Source of the DNA: Lama guanicoe
Lineage: Eukaryota
Assembly (NCBI GenBank): GCA_013239625.1
Contig: MU054187.1
Location: 13,672,974 to 13,736,973 of the forward strand
Direction of reading: 5' to 3'
Length of the DNA: 64,000 bases
The position numbers and the translations under genes are program-made. Below the pieces are notes generated by a model. The model was not told where the DNA came from. It searched no databases and saw nothing but the letters and a program-made list of their open reading frames with translations. Each line of letters starts with the position of its first letter. Positions within the stretch are counted from its first letter, which is position 1. Positions 38,041-52,744 of this stretch are shown piece by piece.

Positions 38041-39559
38041 TCATCTTCCTCCAGAATAAACTGGGGGGAGGGAAGGGTTTGAATTGCATTCACTCACTAG
38101 TTAATCTGTGCTATAGATGGCATCTCCCCCATCTCACTCCTGTCCTGTCTTTGGCTCTTGACCCAGACTTCTGAGACTACCACACGTTTTCCTTCATTCT
38201 TCAAAGCATCACTAGTATAAGGCTCTTGCAGATAACAGACTCTGGTTGAGTGCTTTGGGATAAAGGATGGTGATTATTATCATAGCCCGGAAACTAATTC
38301 TAACTGAATGTTAGATGTCACTGCTCCTAGAAATGTGCTCACCATTTCTCACCATGGGGATTTGCCGAGATCTCTCTGAGACACAGAGACCGGCCACTTG
38401 GTAGGCCTTTCCCTTCCTCTGGTCTCTCCCTCCCATCTCTTCATCTAGGATTCTCCCTCTGTCCTTCCCTGAGGTGCCTGTGGACTCAGTGCGCAAGTTC
38501 ACAAGGGGACGTGCCTGGAATAGCCAAACAGTCCATTATGCTTTTTTTCTGAAACAGAGCAGCAGCTCTTTCTCTAAGAGGACTTACTGCTTTCTCATAG
38601 TCCAACTGGCTCGAAGTTGTAGCCAGTTTTTAAAAGATATGCACTTAGCAAATATTTATTAAGTACTTTTCATAGGTAGAGCACTCTTCTAGGTCACTAG
38701 GTTAAATGAAATTGGTCTTTACCCTCACCGGTCTTATAGTCTATCTGAAGGCAAACATAGGAACCCCCAGTTCCCTCTCTAGTGACCAAGTGCAGTGAGC
38801 CCTGGCTCAAACGATCAATGTGTCCTTATGAACTATTTAGAAAGGAAAAGTGATGGGCAGAGGCAAGGCTCCTGAAAACGAAATGGTGACAGCGACATTT
38901 CTGGAGTGAGGAACAGCACGTGGGCTGTGGTTTTGCTAGGTTGGGGGAGCTGGATCATTATGCCACCACTAATTACCCAGAGATACTTTTAAACTCTGTT
39001 TCTGGTCACCTGGTTTGTTTTCTGCAGATTCCAGAGCTTTTTGGTTCTTTTTCTCCTCCCTCCTTTTATTTTCTAGCAGGGAGTACTCAGGAATGGCAGG
39101 ATAAACTGGTCCTAAAAGGAGATCAGCCAGGTAGGCAAGCATGGCATCGGGAGAGAATGGAGACAGAGGGCAAGTGGCAGTTCAAGGAGGGAGGAAGTTA
39201 GATTTAAGGAGTTCTTGGCGGAGTCCTGGCCGTACATGGGGAGGGTAGTCTGGGAACTGGGAAGATTTGGAGATTTAGGCGGGCAGGGGCAGGTGGGGCA
39301 GGCAGGGTTAAAGGAGATCCAGCCCCAGAGGCTCAAATGCTACAGTTTGGGGGGGGGGACTTAGAGTTTAGGAATGGGTCTGTCTTAGGTAGCTAGCTGG
39401 GGTCCAGATCACTTTAGACATAGGTGTGTGTTCTCTGGAAAGCTGTGTGATGGTCGCGCTGTCATATCAGGTACTCAGGCACAGTGGGCAGGACCATTTC
39501 CTTGTACGTCAACAAATACCAACTCCTCTTTCTGGACTTTCACTAAAGCTTGCTACCTG

Positions 39560-40260
39560 GACTCTTAGCTTCCCTTCTTGTGCTTTCAATCCATTTGCCC
39601 TTTGCTTTTTTGATAAAAGGCAAATCTGATTGTATCACTGATGTCCTTAAAACCCTGAAACAATTTCCCATTTTTCTTCAGAGAAAGGCCTAAATCCTTA
39701 ACTTGGGGAGTTGCCATATTCCGTCTTGATTTTCCAAAGCATCACCAGTGTAAAGCTGTTGTTCATAACAGACTCTAGTCAGTCTGGCCCCTGCCCGCCA
39801 GTGTCATCTCAGGCACACTTGATCCTCGTTTGCTGCTGTGATTTCTGGCTTTCTTTGAGTTCCCCCTCAGGTCCCTGGGATCACGTGCCAGGAGACTTGC
39901 ACACGTCATTGTTCAGAATGCTCTCTCCGCCCACTTTCTGAGCTCTTACTCATGTCTCTCATCTCAGGTCAAAAGTCGTCGCTCAAAGGTGTCTCCTAGG
40001 GCTCCCAGAATCGGGTTGGGTCTCTCCAGTCTTACCTTTCCTAGCACTCTTGTTTTCTCCTTTGCAACACTTAACCCAATTCTGATTTTTAATTGTGAGT
40101 AATTTACTTCTGAAGTGTCATTCCCCTGTGTGCGAACGTCAGCTCAGTAAAGGCAGGGGCTGTCCTCCTTCACTGCTTTATCCAGGGGTGCCTCCGCAAC
40201 TCCATGCACATAATTGATGCTCATTGTTTATTTGTTGATCCAATGAGTGTGGGAATGGAT
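39560..40260 (+). mobile_element. LINE-2 3' portion
   Basis: L2 blocks (GCAAATCTGATTGTATCACT..CTTAAAACCCT; AAGGCAGGGGCTGT) ending in a degenerate TGTTGA..AATGAGTG tail. Confidence 0.6.
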
Positions 40261-40626
40261 GGAGTTGGGACTGAAGTCAGGTTGTAGGTCACAAAACAAC
40301 ACCAAGAGTGCATTGGCCAAGAACTGCTGGCCAGGGTTGGGCATAGGAAGACCAGAGCAAATTTGCCTGGTGATGAACTGCCAAGCCATGGCCCTGCGCT
40401 ATTTTACACTCACACACTCTTCATGTTCTTCTTGATGAGGACCAAATGGTGCTAGAATGTGGGATGGAGGAGAGTTTATAAGTGGAGGTCCAGGGGCCAT
40501 CACTGCTAAGAGTGGAGGCAGCTGATAAAATGACCAGACAGAACATGGTGCTTCCAATAGAAGTTTTCTCTGTCCCCTATTTCAGAAGATACTCAGCCTC
40601 AAACTTTACAGGAAGGCTGTCTAGCC

Positions 40627-40798
40627 CAGTGCTTTCCAATAGAACTTGATGTGACGATGGAAAATTTCTGTATCTGGGCTCTCTGATAGAGTAGCCACTA
40701 GCCACATAAGCTATTGACTTGAAAATGACTCGTCAGACAGAGAAATTAAAATTAAAATAGACATATATGGTTGGTGGCTACCATATGAGACAGTGCAG
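40627..40798. mobile_element. MER3-like hAT-Charlie MITE
   Basis: CAGTGCTTTCCAATAGAACTT..GATGGAAA..GTAGCCACTAGCCACAT..GTGGCTACCATAT..ACAGTGCAG follows the MER3 consensus as recalled. Confidence 0.8.
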
Positions 40799-43700
40799 AC
40801 ATGGACTATTAGCATGAATTACTTTAGGAAACCCTAAGTTTCGAAAGTAGTATGGCTTAAATTCTAGAAATATCCATTTACAACCAATGTTGGCCTCCAG
40901 TTCACCATATATAAACATGTCTGGAATCCAATGCCTATTTTGACTCTGGTGAATATCACCCAAGTTCCTAGTGAAGAGGTCTGAAAGCACCATGTCTGGT
41001 TTCTAACCATAGGAATTGTTTTTTATCGAAGGCATTTCTTTCTTTGTGTGAACTGTGCAAAATGTAAAATTCTACAAAGGTAGTCCATTATCTTTGTAAG
41101 TGTCTATGTAATATGACCTCGAAGGCTTTCTCACACTCACTTTTCCCAACCAGGATTTTTTTTTCTTTTTTTGTTCCCTCTCCTTTTCTCTGTCTCTCCT
41201 TCCTCTGTTCTTAATTTCTTTTCTAACCTCTAAAATGATGGACACAACACTATGTCCTTTAGCAAGTTCCTCTTCTGCATATTGATTTCTTTACTTTTGT
41301 GCTTGTTTACAAAAGCTGTCTTATCAGTTCAGATCATTAACAAAAACCAGCCAAAGGACAGTTCAGTTCATTAGCCAAAAAAAAAAAAATCTGAAATGAT
41401 AGCTCTTGGCAGGCCAATTGATACATTTTTGGAAATTTATCAGATACAACAATTTCAGTATTTAGTCTGTAAAAAATGTAAGGTGAAGCATTGTACTGTT
41501 TTTTTTTTCACAGCTATCATCTAGATAACATTATGGTTGCTCTTAATCCTTTGAAAGTTCTCATGTGACTGGATTTCTTGAATTCTTGTCCAGTTTTTCA
41601 CAAATGAAAAGCTTTCCAGTAAGCTAATACCAGAGGGAGAAAGTGGAGATTTGAAGGAGAAATTCTGAAACATAACAGTAAAGTAACATTTGAAAAGAGA
41701 TGGTCCATCTTTATCCCTTTTCCCTAGTCTGGATAGAACAAGTGTGTCTACAGACTTTCATGCTGAATGTCTCCAGTTCATAAAATCACAATTATTAATC
41801 AGACTATCATTAAATATTAACTTACTTTTGAGATAAATGTCATTTTAAATTTGGAATCCTAGTCTTTGCTAAATCTAAAGAGAGCTTTTGCATTCGGCTT
41901 TTTAGAAAGAGTGCACATAGAAAGCTTAGAAGCTATTAAAAAGCTGCTTAAACTTGACTTCTGGTTTCATTCAGGCCCAGCATAATAAACACAGTTTGTA
42001 ATCAGATGTATATGCAGTTAAAGTAGAACATTAGTAAGGGCTTTAGCCTTTTTCTTTTCTTTTTTAAATCTAGGGAGCCATTTTCTTGCAGGCATTTTAT
42101 AACATTTGGAACGTAGTGCTTGATGTGTAATAGGTGCTCAGTAAATATTTGTTGAATGAATTAATTAACTGATTCATCAAATTCATTAATTCATAGAAGA
42201 TCTCAGAGAGCTTTTAAAATCCCAAATGGTGGCCAAGTCTATCACTCCCATAAATGGAGATTGTATTCTGTAGAGCCTCATGACTTAAGACATCATCCTC
42301 ATTGGCTGGTGTTTTATAGCTCTCTCTTCCTTTACATCAACATGTTTAAATCAGGTAGGAAGCTTTAATTAGGTGCTAGATAAATATTTAAGTCCATGAT
42401 ACTGTCTGAGCCTACAGAACATGCTAAAAGCACAAATCCAAAACTTCCTGTAATACTTGTTGCAGTAATCGTATGGGTTCCTTGAGATCAAGGGTTATTT
42501 TACCCACTTTTGTCCCCCTGCACTCAATACATACTAATAGCCAAGTAATGCCTTGGTTTGGAAGGAAGGGAGGGAATGAGGGAGGAATAATGGATCTAAA
42601 TCAGTGTATGTTATTTATAGTTTATGATCTCTTTCCATTCTGACCGTTACTGGAATAGTAGAAATTACAGATTTATGTTTTAGTCAGGAATCATTAATAA
42701 TTAGGTTCACCTCATCAGGATTTATAGGTTTTAGTGGGTATGAATTAGCTAAGTGGCTCCTGCTTCACACTTTTCCTCTTTCATCACTCTAATCTCATGC
42801 TCATTTCTGGTGCCTGGAGGTAGTGGGATCTAGTGGAAAGAACATGGGTTCAGGAACCAGAGCCTTGGCTTCTAGCCTTGATGCTGAATGGACCCTTGGA
42901 AGGTCATTTAAATCCCCCGGTGCTGCCCTTCCCAAATACTGTAAATTTTGTATTTTTGACATTTAAAAAATATTTTTAAAGCACCTCTCTTGACTGTAAA
43001 TCTCAAATACAAAGACTAATAGCATTACTTTTGAAATCCATGTACTAAAATTTATATTTGGTTTTAAAGATTTAAAACTACAGAAACAGTTGCCAACCTC
43101 ACCATCTCTAGCCACAAGGAAATCATTACTTTAAATGTATTCTATACATGCCACATGTCTAGGCCAAGGGACAGACATAATGCTATAGGAATTATTTGAG
43201 GGTCATTCTTTCCTTCTCTATCATGCTAAAAAGATCGCTCAGTGTTGGTCCCCTTTGTACATTTATTTATTGTTCTGAGGCATTTAGAAACCTGCCATTC
43301 AAGGAAAATCCCCAGCACCTTAGAAGGTCAAGAACGTGGGCTTTGAGTTAAGGTAACGCTGGGCTGGAACCCTAGAGCCGGCACTCACTGGTTATGTTGT
43401 CTTAAGGCTAGTTGGGTCATCCTGTCTGAACCTCACTTTCTTTATCTATAAATCAAAGGTAATAACACCTACCCCAGGGTGGACTGAGAATTAGTGAGAG
43501 TTCTCCCTGGGAGAACTAAGCGGAATAAGCCCAGTGGCTGCATAGGATAATCTCTCAACATATGGCAGGTGGTAACAGTGGTAATTATTAACCAAATTCA
43601 CAGAGCAAATGAGATGTCCTCATCTGCAACTTTGGCTGCCCTTCAGATACAACTCCAAGAACATCCCTGCCTTCTAGGAAATAACAGTGTCTACTTATGG

Positions 43701-45909
43701 ATATTTTGATCTTAAGCTGAAACAAAATCCAATGGCAAATCTGAATTCCATAGCAATGGCTTATTTCACACTGACATGCTCTTTTATTATATTCCCGTCT
43801 ACCTGAGGATTTCAGAGGTGAAAAAGAGTGTTTTAAATATCACCAACTCTAAAACCAATATAATTAGTTTTTTTATTGAAGAAAAAAATAATAACAGTAA
43901 AGAAGAACTGGAAAAAGCAGAATAAAATCCATAATTTCCCCATCCTTAAGCACACTACTCCTTTCAGTGAAAACAATGGCTGTCCTTTGTTTCCGAACAT
44001 TTTCACCCTTGGCTCAAAGTCCCATTCCCTACTGCACTGCTGCAACCATAATTTTTGTGATTTTTCCACACTTTTTCACATTATTTATTTCAAGACTGTA
44101 TCATCTGGTACAAGTCACATGAACTCAGGGCTTCAGTCAGTCCATCTGTGGTCCCTAATTTTCACATTTTTATTTTAGAAAATGTTGATGGCATACGATG
44201 AGCTCATTTTTCCCCGTCAAATGCTTTGATGTTTTCTTATCAAATTGTGCTAAATTGTATTATTAGCCGTAAATTTAACATCCTAAGATTCAGAGATGCT
44301 AGCAGGTCATCTCGTCCATCTGCCTTACGTTCTTACCATTAATTATTTATTATACTTTGTAGCTCCCTAGCATTTTATACAACAGAGACACATGGTAGAT
44401 TGAGAAAAGGGGCAGAGGCGAGGGGAGGAATATTTATAAAGTGCCATACACAGATGGATGCTTAATAAATGCTGTTTAATGATACTCACTGATGACATAG
44501 GTTGGAAAACATTACTCATAGGGTATCTGGAGATGGATGTTTGTAGTTCAGTGAACCTCTTCCCTTTTCTAGTTAAGGCACAGGGGGAAAAAATCAAGCA
44601 TACAATTACTTGTGACATATTCTGCTTTTTTAAAATTAGTTCCATTAATGAAGGATACCTGATTTGTTAGAAACTGTTTTTCTTTTTCATGCTAGAATCT
44701 AGATACACTATGTTGAATATGCAGAGTCAGGAAAGAAGGAGAGCTACTTACAGATGTGGCTACACAGTGCCCTAAGATGTGCTTTGGGTGTGAAATACGA
44801 CCACCTATACATTGTGAGCTGCATACACTGAGAAGGATTTCTGCCTTTTGCCCTAAGTGGCTTTCCCAAGCCGATACTGCTCTGCTTAATTTCCATTACT
44901 GTAGGGTCATTCCTTTGATTAAACTTTGCCCCCATCTTATAGTCTTCACATCACAATACTTTATATTATTTAGAAAGAAAAGCTCATCTTTTGAAAAAAT
45001 GTTGAGACTCACTAACCTTGACTCTTTTGTTTGTCCTTTTATTGGTAGAAATTCAGTGATGTTGGCTTTTCTGACTCAACTGTTTTTCCTAGGAGTGAGC
45101 GTAAGCTGAGAAATAGGAAATTCATTTTGGCCAAAATTTAAACAGAAGAAATTGACAATAGTGAACTTTTCTCCTGTTCTTCGTCTGCCCAGTGGAATAT
45201 GTAGATGAGTTGTAGTCACACAGAAATCTCCTAGAACCATGACATTTCAGGGATAGAAGGTACCTTGGAAGTAGTCTTGTCCATCTCTCAGCAGGGCAGG
45301 AGTTTCCCTTTTGCATACCTTACAGGTGGTCACCTGGGGTCCTTTGAACCTTACCAGGCCCAGGGGTGTTTTGAGGCAGTGTATTCCACTTGGGGGCAGC
45401 AATAATTATTAGAGAGTCTCATTTGTTTATCATGTGGCTCTTATTCTGAACCCAAGCCTTATGAAAGTAGGCCAATAAGGGCCAGCAGAACTTCTAAACA
45501 AATTGGAAATCACCGCAATAATCTGATATCGGATGATGTTAACCAAAACATGTGACCACACACAAAAAAAGGATATTAGTGCTTTGAAATTCTTATTCAT
45601 TCATTCATTCATTCTTTCTTTCTTTCATGTAGTCCACAAACATTTGTCAAGCACTTGCCTACCAAAGATGCAAATATGGATAAGAGCTGTTTATCACTTT
45701 TAAGGACTCACAGCCAAGGAGGTGTTTTCAGTTAAAGCTCATGGCACCACTTCTCTGTTGTAGTTTTATAACCATTGTCATTAATTGCTTGTTGTGTTTG
45801 TTCATAGCATATTTATCTACCTTCACTAGAATGTGAGCTTCATGATGTCAGAGACTGCCCCTCAAACAGAGGAAAGGCTCATAAATATTTGCTGAATGAA
45901 TGGATAAGA

Positions 45910-46563
45910 GATTCCTTAAAAAAAAAATTAAGAATAGACTTAAATATATGATCCAGCAATCCCACTCCAGGTATATACCCAGAGAAAACTAATTCGAAAA
46001 GACACATGCACCCCAGTGTTCATTGCAGCACTGTTTACAGTAGCCAAGACATGGAAGCAACCTAAATACCCATCCACAGATGACTGGATAAAGAAGCTGT
46101 GGCATATATACACAATGGAATACTACTCAGTCATTAAAAATGAAATGATGCCATTTACAGCAACTTGGATGGACCTGGAGATTATCACACTAAGTAAGTC
46201 AGACAGAGAAAGACAAATATATGATATCATTTCTATGTGGAATCTAAAACAATGATGCAGATGAACTCATCTACAAGTTCACTGAGAAAGAGACTCATAG
46301 ATGTAGAAAACAAAAGTTATGGTTACCAAAGGGGAAAGTGCAGGGGAGGGATAAATTAGGAGTTTGGGATTAGCAGATACAAACTACTATATATAAAATA
46401 GATAAAAAATAAGGTCCTACTGTATAGCACAGGGAATTACATTCAATACCTTACAATAACCTGTAATGAAAACAAATATATATATGTATAACTGAATCAC
46501 TATGCTGAACACCAGAAACTAGCACAACATTGTAAATCAACTATACTTCACTTTAAAAAAAAA
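45910..46563 (+). mobile_element. L1 ORF2 C-terminal remnant plus 3' UTR and poly-A
   Basis: ORF 46016-46255 (FIAALFTVAKTWKQPKYPSTDDWIKKLWHIYTMEYYS) is the L1 ORF2p C-terminus. Ends CTATACTTCACTTT(A)9. Confidence 0.92.
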
Positions 46564-49500
46564 TGGACACTAGGGCATCAGAGGCAAGGAAAGAACAATT
46601 CTGTGAAGGGCATCTCTCTTCAGAAGAACACGGTCAGGTTGCCTGACTGCAGCCATTACCCTCTAAGGAAACGAACAATGTGTAGGAGATAACACATTCA
46701 ACTTAGTGTAGTTTGAATCCAATATTTTGACATGGGGGTGAGACAAAGAAAGCAAAGCTTTTGAAAACTTCGAGTAGAAAGTGAAAAGCAAAGAAAAGTG
46801 AGCTGGAGTGTAATGCAAAGAGACTTACGTAGGCGTCTGCAGACCCAGGTTCTAGTCCAAGTTCAGCAGCTAACAGAGAGAGGTCAGCCAAGTCACGTGG
46901 CCTCACTGGACCTCAATTTTTAAAGCTGTAAATAAGGAAATTGGACCAGAGCACATACACATTCCCTTCTGTCATGTTCTGTGATTCTGATCTCCAAACA
47001 AAACATGGGGGTATCTACAGCATGATATCTGTTTGTCATAGAGACTAGTCTCAAATCAGACAGTATTTGAGCTCTTAATAAAAGCTTCATTGCCTACAGT
47101 ATGTTTGTTTGTGGAGAAATAAGGGACCAGAATGTAATTGAAAAGTATATTTTTACTATTAAACAGAGCCCAACAGAGAAACATCCTTTGTCAAGATTCT
47201 TACTGCCGGACATTCTAGACCAACCATTGCATGGTCTAAAATCTAATTTTATTAGAAGAAAACTAAAAAAGTGTTCGAATCCTATTCAAACTTCATGAAT
47301 ATTTTTTACTTGGTTCCATAGAGGCTAATTCTAACTTATGCCCCCACATGGAGATGAGATATGAAATTTAAGCCAGTCACCCAAACAGAAGATTGTATCA
47401 TCCACAGAGAACTGCAGGTAGTGACTGAAGTTTGTGATTTCTTTTATCAGGATATTATGGCGTGGCCCAGCCTCATTTCTCATTCCTTTCAGTGGTGTCA
47501 GTAGTTCCTCTGCTGACTTTTTTTATTTTTCTCTTTCATCTTTATTTATCCCCTGCACACCACTGTGACTCTGGGAAGACGTCTGCAAGAGGAGACATTT
47601 AAAAGTACACATCTTGGGCGCCAATATAAAGGGCACTTTGACCATCATAATAGAAAAATCTTCTACCAGCTGAATGGCTTATATAAAAATTTGAGCTTTT
47701 TTTATGTGTGTTTTGAAACAGACTGAAATTTCAAACTATGACTATACCTGGCAGTTTATAAAAGGCCCCCGATGCATTATAGCATTAGTATTACATTTTT
47801 CAGAGTAGGGAAGTATTTTTCCTGAGTGATACCTTATAAAAGGCCATTTTTCTAAAGGCAAACCTAGTGGTTTACTCTCTAATTATAGCAAATGTATATA
47901 TAGGAGCTAATTCTTTAAATAGTTCTCTTGTGATGAAGAAAATTCATATTCTGTGTCTAAATAAAATAGTTTATTTATAAATTTGGTTAGTCAGAGACAT
48001 CAGTGAAATGCGAAGATGCTCATATTACTTACTGCTTGTCTCTGCAACACAATGCTTCCTTTGACCACTGAAGGCAAAGCTTTTAGGATTTTGTTTGAGT
48101 GTATCTAAAAAAAGCATCGGTTATATCAAGGATAAAAGTTCCGGATTTTTTTTTAACTAAGGAGTAAATAGCTGCGCTAAAATCGAGGAACATATTGATA
48201 TTAGCGGCCTCTGATAGCAGAAAAGAAGTGCCACGTCCACCTTTCTGGGGACAAGGACAGTGTTTCCGTTATTACTAGAACCTGTCGTGTTCAAAACAAC
48301 AAACAGTATGAAATTCATTAGTATTTCTGGCCAGGTTCTAAAGTAATTCAGCAGTAATTCAATTTTATTGAATTTCTTAGAACAGCTGAAAGTTTCCAGG
48401 ACCTGACTTTGCAATACTACCAATCTGTCTTTCTCAAATAAATCTGACTTGTTTTTAACTTGTTATAAATTCATTGTTTTTCACTGGTAAGTTCTGGAGG
48501 TGCTTTTTCAAACTCCAGTGAGTGCTAATTTTTTTTAAGCACTGATTAAAAACATGCATTTACTACTTAATACTAGACACGAAAATTGAAGAAAATGCTG
48601 CAGAGCTGTATATACATAGAGTGATTTAGACTTAAAGGTCTCAGAACTGCGTGTTTACAATGTGTGCTCAGCGGGTACCAGCAACACAGAAATGAAGTGT
48701 TAAACATCACTTAGGTCTTTAGAAAGATTTGCTTTTCATCTTCACAGAATCGCACATGGGGCTTATCCTGCCTTGCTGCACTAAGGAAGTGTCAAGTATA
48801 TGACGTAACAGTAGTATTTTTGAGACTACAGTAAAAAAAAAAAAAATCCGCCCTGCCCCCACACCACCACTCCCCTGCCTTAGACCTGGAGTCTCAAGCT
48901 GTAATTATGATGCCATGATCAGAAAGTTGTGTTTTGTCAGGTTTGGCCCTGAATGGATGGCAGCATAATGCCACGCTGCTGGTAGGAGCCTGCAAACCGA
49001 GGCTTTGTGCAGCTGTGCAAACCGAGAATGTTTGTTGTTGTTTATTGTTTAAAGAGTCGCGTTCTTCCTCTAACAGACTAATGAAGGGATGTTTAGTACA
49101 TTTGCATTGGTTGACTGATTGTTGCAAGCTTGACTCTCGATTGATCGAAGGAGATGAAATAAACTAACAGACTGCCGAAAGAGAAGATTTACTGAGATTC
49201 TGCCTTTGACGTAAAAATGTGTGTTCAGTTTATAACTATTTATGTATATAAATTCTACTCAGTTGTATAACACCTCCACAGCTGAAATATGGAATTATTA
49301 CATTTTATATTAAACTTATATACTACACTGAATTACATGATTGATTCTTAGGGGGCAAAATTATTATGGTAGACATAATTTCACTTGTAAAAGTAAATGT
49401 GACAAAACATAGCCTCATATCCACTTTAATTAATAAAATTAAAAATATAAATTTTGCAAGCTCTCGAGAGTGGCAAAACACGGTTTCTAACCCAGAGGGA

Positions 49501-50179
49501 AACGACAGATTCACTGTTAGAAGTAAAATTAATATTGCAGAAAAGAACATAGATTAAAATGGAAAGTTAAAAACACTAAATAAAATGAAGGAAACTTTTT
49601 TGATGTTCTGAATGTAGTGTGTTTCAAGCTCTGATAAATCTTAAAGGGTCCTTGAAATAAAATATGAAAACCACCTTTTCCTAAGAAACTAGACATGAAA
49701 AAAATGTTTTCATGGACTCCAAAGTCATATGATATGCTTATTTCTATCTAAAGTGAAGATGGTGATTGGAAGGGGAGGGTAGTAATGGCCAGAGAGAAAA
49801 AATACTAACCAAGTGCCATAGGAAACCAAAGAATTTTAGGCATGGAAATGCCATTGTTTGATATGTGAAGATACTGAAGTCCAATCAAAAAAGGTGAGGG
49901 GGTTGCACGAGTCCCACCCAACTGGACCCTGGGGTCATGAGTCTCAGAGCAGAACCCCTTCTGCAATCCCATACCACCTCCCATAAGAGGCAGCTCAGTT
50001 TAGATGTTTTTCTCTTCTTCTGGAGAGAGACATGGCATTTTCGGCTGAGGAGGTTTTCTCCTTAAGGATGTAGAAAGCTTCGTGAAGTATGTACAAGTTG
50101 GAAGATACATGGTTTGGTTTTGTGGTTGGTTAAGAGACAGTGAGGGTAGAAAGATCTAGGAGGCCAATGCCTTATCCAT

Positions 50180-50376
50180 TTGAGATTTGCAAATGATAAC
50201 CACTATATATAAAAAAAGATTTAAAAAAACAAATTTCTTCAGTATAGCACAGGGAACTATATTCAATGTCTTATAATAACTTTTAATGAAAATGAGTGTA
50301 TATGCATGACTGGGACATTATGCTGTACACCAGAAATTGACACATTATAACTGACTATACTTCAATTTAAAAAAAG
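50180..50376 (+). mobile_element. Short L1 3' UTR insertion
   Basis: GTATAGCACAGGGAACTATATTCAA..GCTGTACACCAGAAATTGACACATTATAACTGACTATACTTCAATTT(A)8. Confidence 0.85.
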
Positions 50377-51491
50377 CAAGATCGAGGGAACTGGATAGGA
50401 AGAGAGGGAGAAGAATGGAAGAGAGATGAGCAGCTTGTGGGGAAGTAAGATGGGAAATGGGAGAGAAAAACCACAGAGGAGGAGGTAGCAGGGAGCATGG
50501 CAGATGGGCAGGTAGACAGAAAGGCTCAGTGAGTTTCTAAGGGACTGCTGAGCAGGGCTTATGCTCTGCACTTGACCTGAATTTCAGGCTTACCAGTGTG
50601 ACCCCTTGTGTCCTACAACTATTTTGAAAGCCTGATGAGCTCTCTGAACACTAGTCACAGTTCTTTACCTGCTCGAGAACTCACCCCTTTGAGCCTGTAC
50701 TCTACATCAGGTCACAAGTAGAACATTCTGCTCAGGGAGAATCAAAAATGTTTAACCACAGTAACAATAATCAGAGCAGATCATCTTAAAGTCTTCAGAA
50801 AATCAAAGCAACAGGCTACATTCTCTCATGATAAGTTTCTCTACCCATGCTTTGAAGAAAGGGCATTGAATTTCAGGCTTTTATTGTGGGGTTTGTAATC
50901 AACACTGGATTTCTTATAATAGAAAGTTCTTGATTAGTAAAGAAGGGACTTTGAAATTTAAGTCTTATGACCTCTCTTCACTTGAGACACATACTCTACA
51001 GAAAGGAGGAATTCACTATAAGTCATGAGGATGGAATTATTTAAGATAAATAGTGACCTACAGGTGACTATGACAGAGCATTTATGCTTTTAGTAATAAC
51101 TTTTACAAGAAAGCAAGCCACACTAAGCCACTGACCATTAACATGAGATGTTTGTATCCCTTTGAAGTTTGCTCTTACTCTTTCTGGAAAACCGCGTATC
51201 TGATACTAAAATCAGTTCAAAAACCATCTCTCTTCTTCACAGTAGTTGTAAATCATGATATTCCAAAAAGAGTAAATTCATTTTTATTTTTATTTTTATT
51301 CAAATTAAAGATGGATTAGGTTTCCTGCTTATTATTCATGTGGGTTGTTCGCATAATCTGTATGGATTACTGAGATGTCATTGCACCAAAACCAAGTTAT
51401 TTAATGGAGAACATTTAGATTCACCACTGAAATTGCTCATCTCTCATATTTTTAGATGTTTTGCCTGATCCTAATATTACTGTGCCCCCAC

Positions 51492-51494
<3 letters not shown>

Positions 51495-51540
<46 letters not shown>
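51495..51540. repeat. (TG)23 microsatellite followed by (ATGC)n
   Basis: Read directly. A perfect tract, so a likely polymorphic marker. Confidence 0.98.
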
Positions 51541-51544
<4 letters not shown>

Positions 51545-52744
51545 CATGCATGCATGTGTGTGTACTCCATTCTCATTTGAATACAAAATTTGGACATGGG
51601 CATCAATGGCGTCAAAGATACACGCTGTGTGTAGATACAGTGCTCCGTAGAGAAAAGTTAGGACCAACAATTCCTGGCCTTATAAGCTTATAATCCACTA
51701 GAGAGGACTGAATATGTATGTGTGTATATATATACAAAAAAATTTAAATGTTAGCATTTATTTAATAAACACCAGTATAGCTTTTACTCTTAGTGTTCAT
51801 TCAGTGATTGGAAGCTAAACATAAAGGAGAAATATGAGTTTCCTTATTGTATTTGGATATACCTCCCTGTAGTGAGCGCTTCACATAAACTATCTCATTT
51901 AATTGTCATAATACTGTCAATGAAGTTGATACTATTATTTTCATTTTGTAGATTAAGAAATTGAGGCTTAGGGAATTGAAGTTACTTGGCCAATTATTGT
52001 AACTTCTTTATTAGAAAAATAGGCTTTTATTGTCATCTGCAATGAAAGTGTGTGTGTGTATACTTTAAATATTTCTTTTAACTGTGGAGCTGAAAAAACT
52101 CCCAATTCAAATATATTTATTGGCCATATTTACAATAATTTTTATATAGTCCATCTCCAGTTTTTTCATAAATTTGACTTATTTTCACTTGAGAGGATAC
52201 TTGGCTCCAGATGGAGAAATAAATTTAACTCACAGGAGTGGAGAAACCAGACACATGCAGAAATTGGTGTGGATCTTATAAAGAGAATTCTAATTATAAG
52301 GACCTCGTAAATCTAAAAGCTTTTCCCTTTGGTATAAGCAACTGATTGTGTGTGAAACATGATGTTTTACATTAAAAGTGGTGTTTTGGATGAATTGCTT
52401 GGAGCTCTGTGGTTTTCTGCAGAAAACATTATAGGGGAAGATCAAGTAAGAAGATGCTTGCTGCTACAGATCAGAAGAATAGATCAACAAGAGGGAGTGC
52501 CAGGGCACTTGTGTCTTAAACAATTAGTACACAGGAGAAAAGAGCTGTGGGGCAAAGAACACAAGTGCACACACACCCATTCTGACACACATGATGTGCA
52601 CACAAACATGTATACATAACATGTACACATAGATGCATTTTAGTCAAGTGATTCAAATATCTCCTTTTATGCATTTTCTGGCCATATACATTAGCCCTGC
52701 TAGATATTTTGTCAGCTGTCTCGTGGAAAACAAAGAATTGACAA

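Noticed and set aside
46016..46255. 79-aa ORF with protein-like sequence
   Set aside because: It is the L1 ORF2p C-terminal remnant, not a host gene.
51421..51693. ORFs with HTHT/CVCV repeats
   Set aside because: Translations of the (TG)23 microsatellite.
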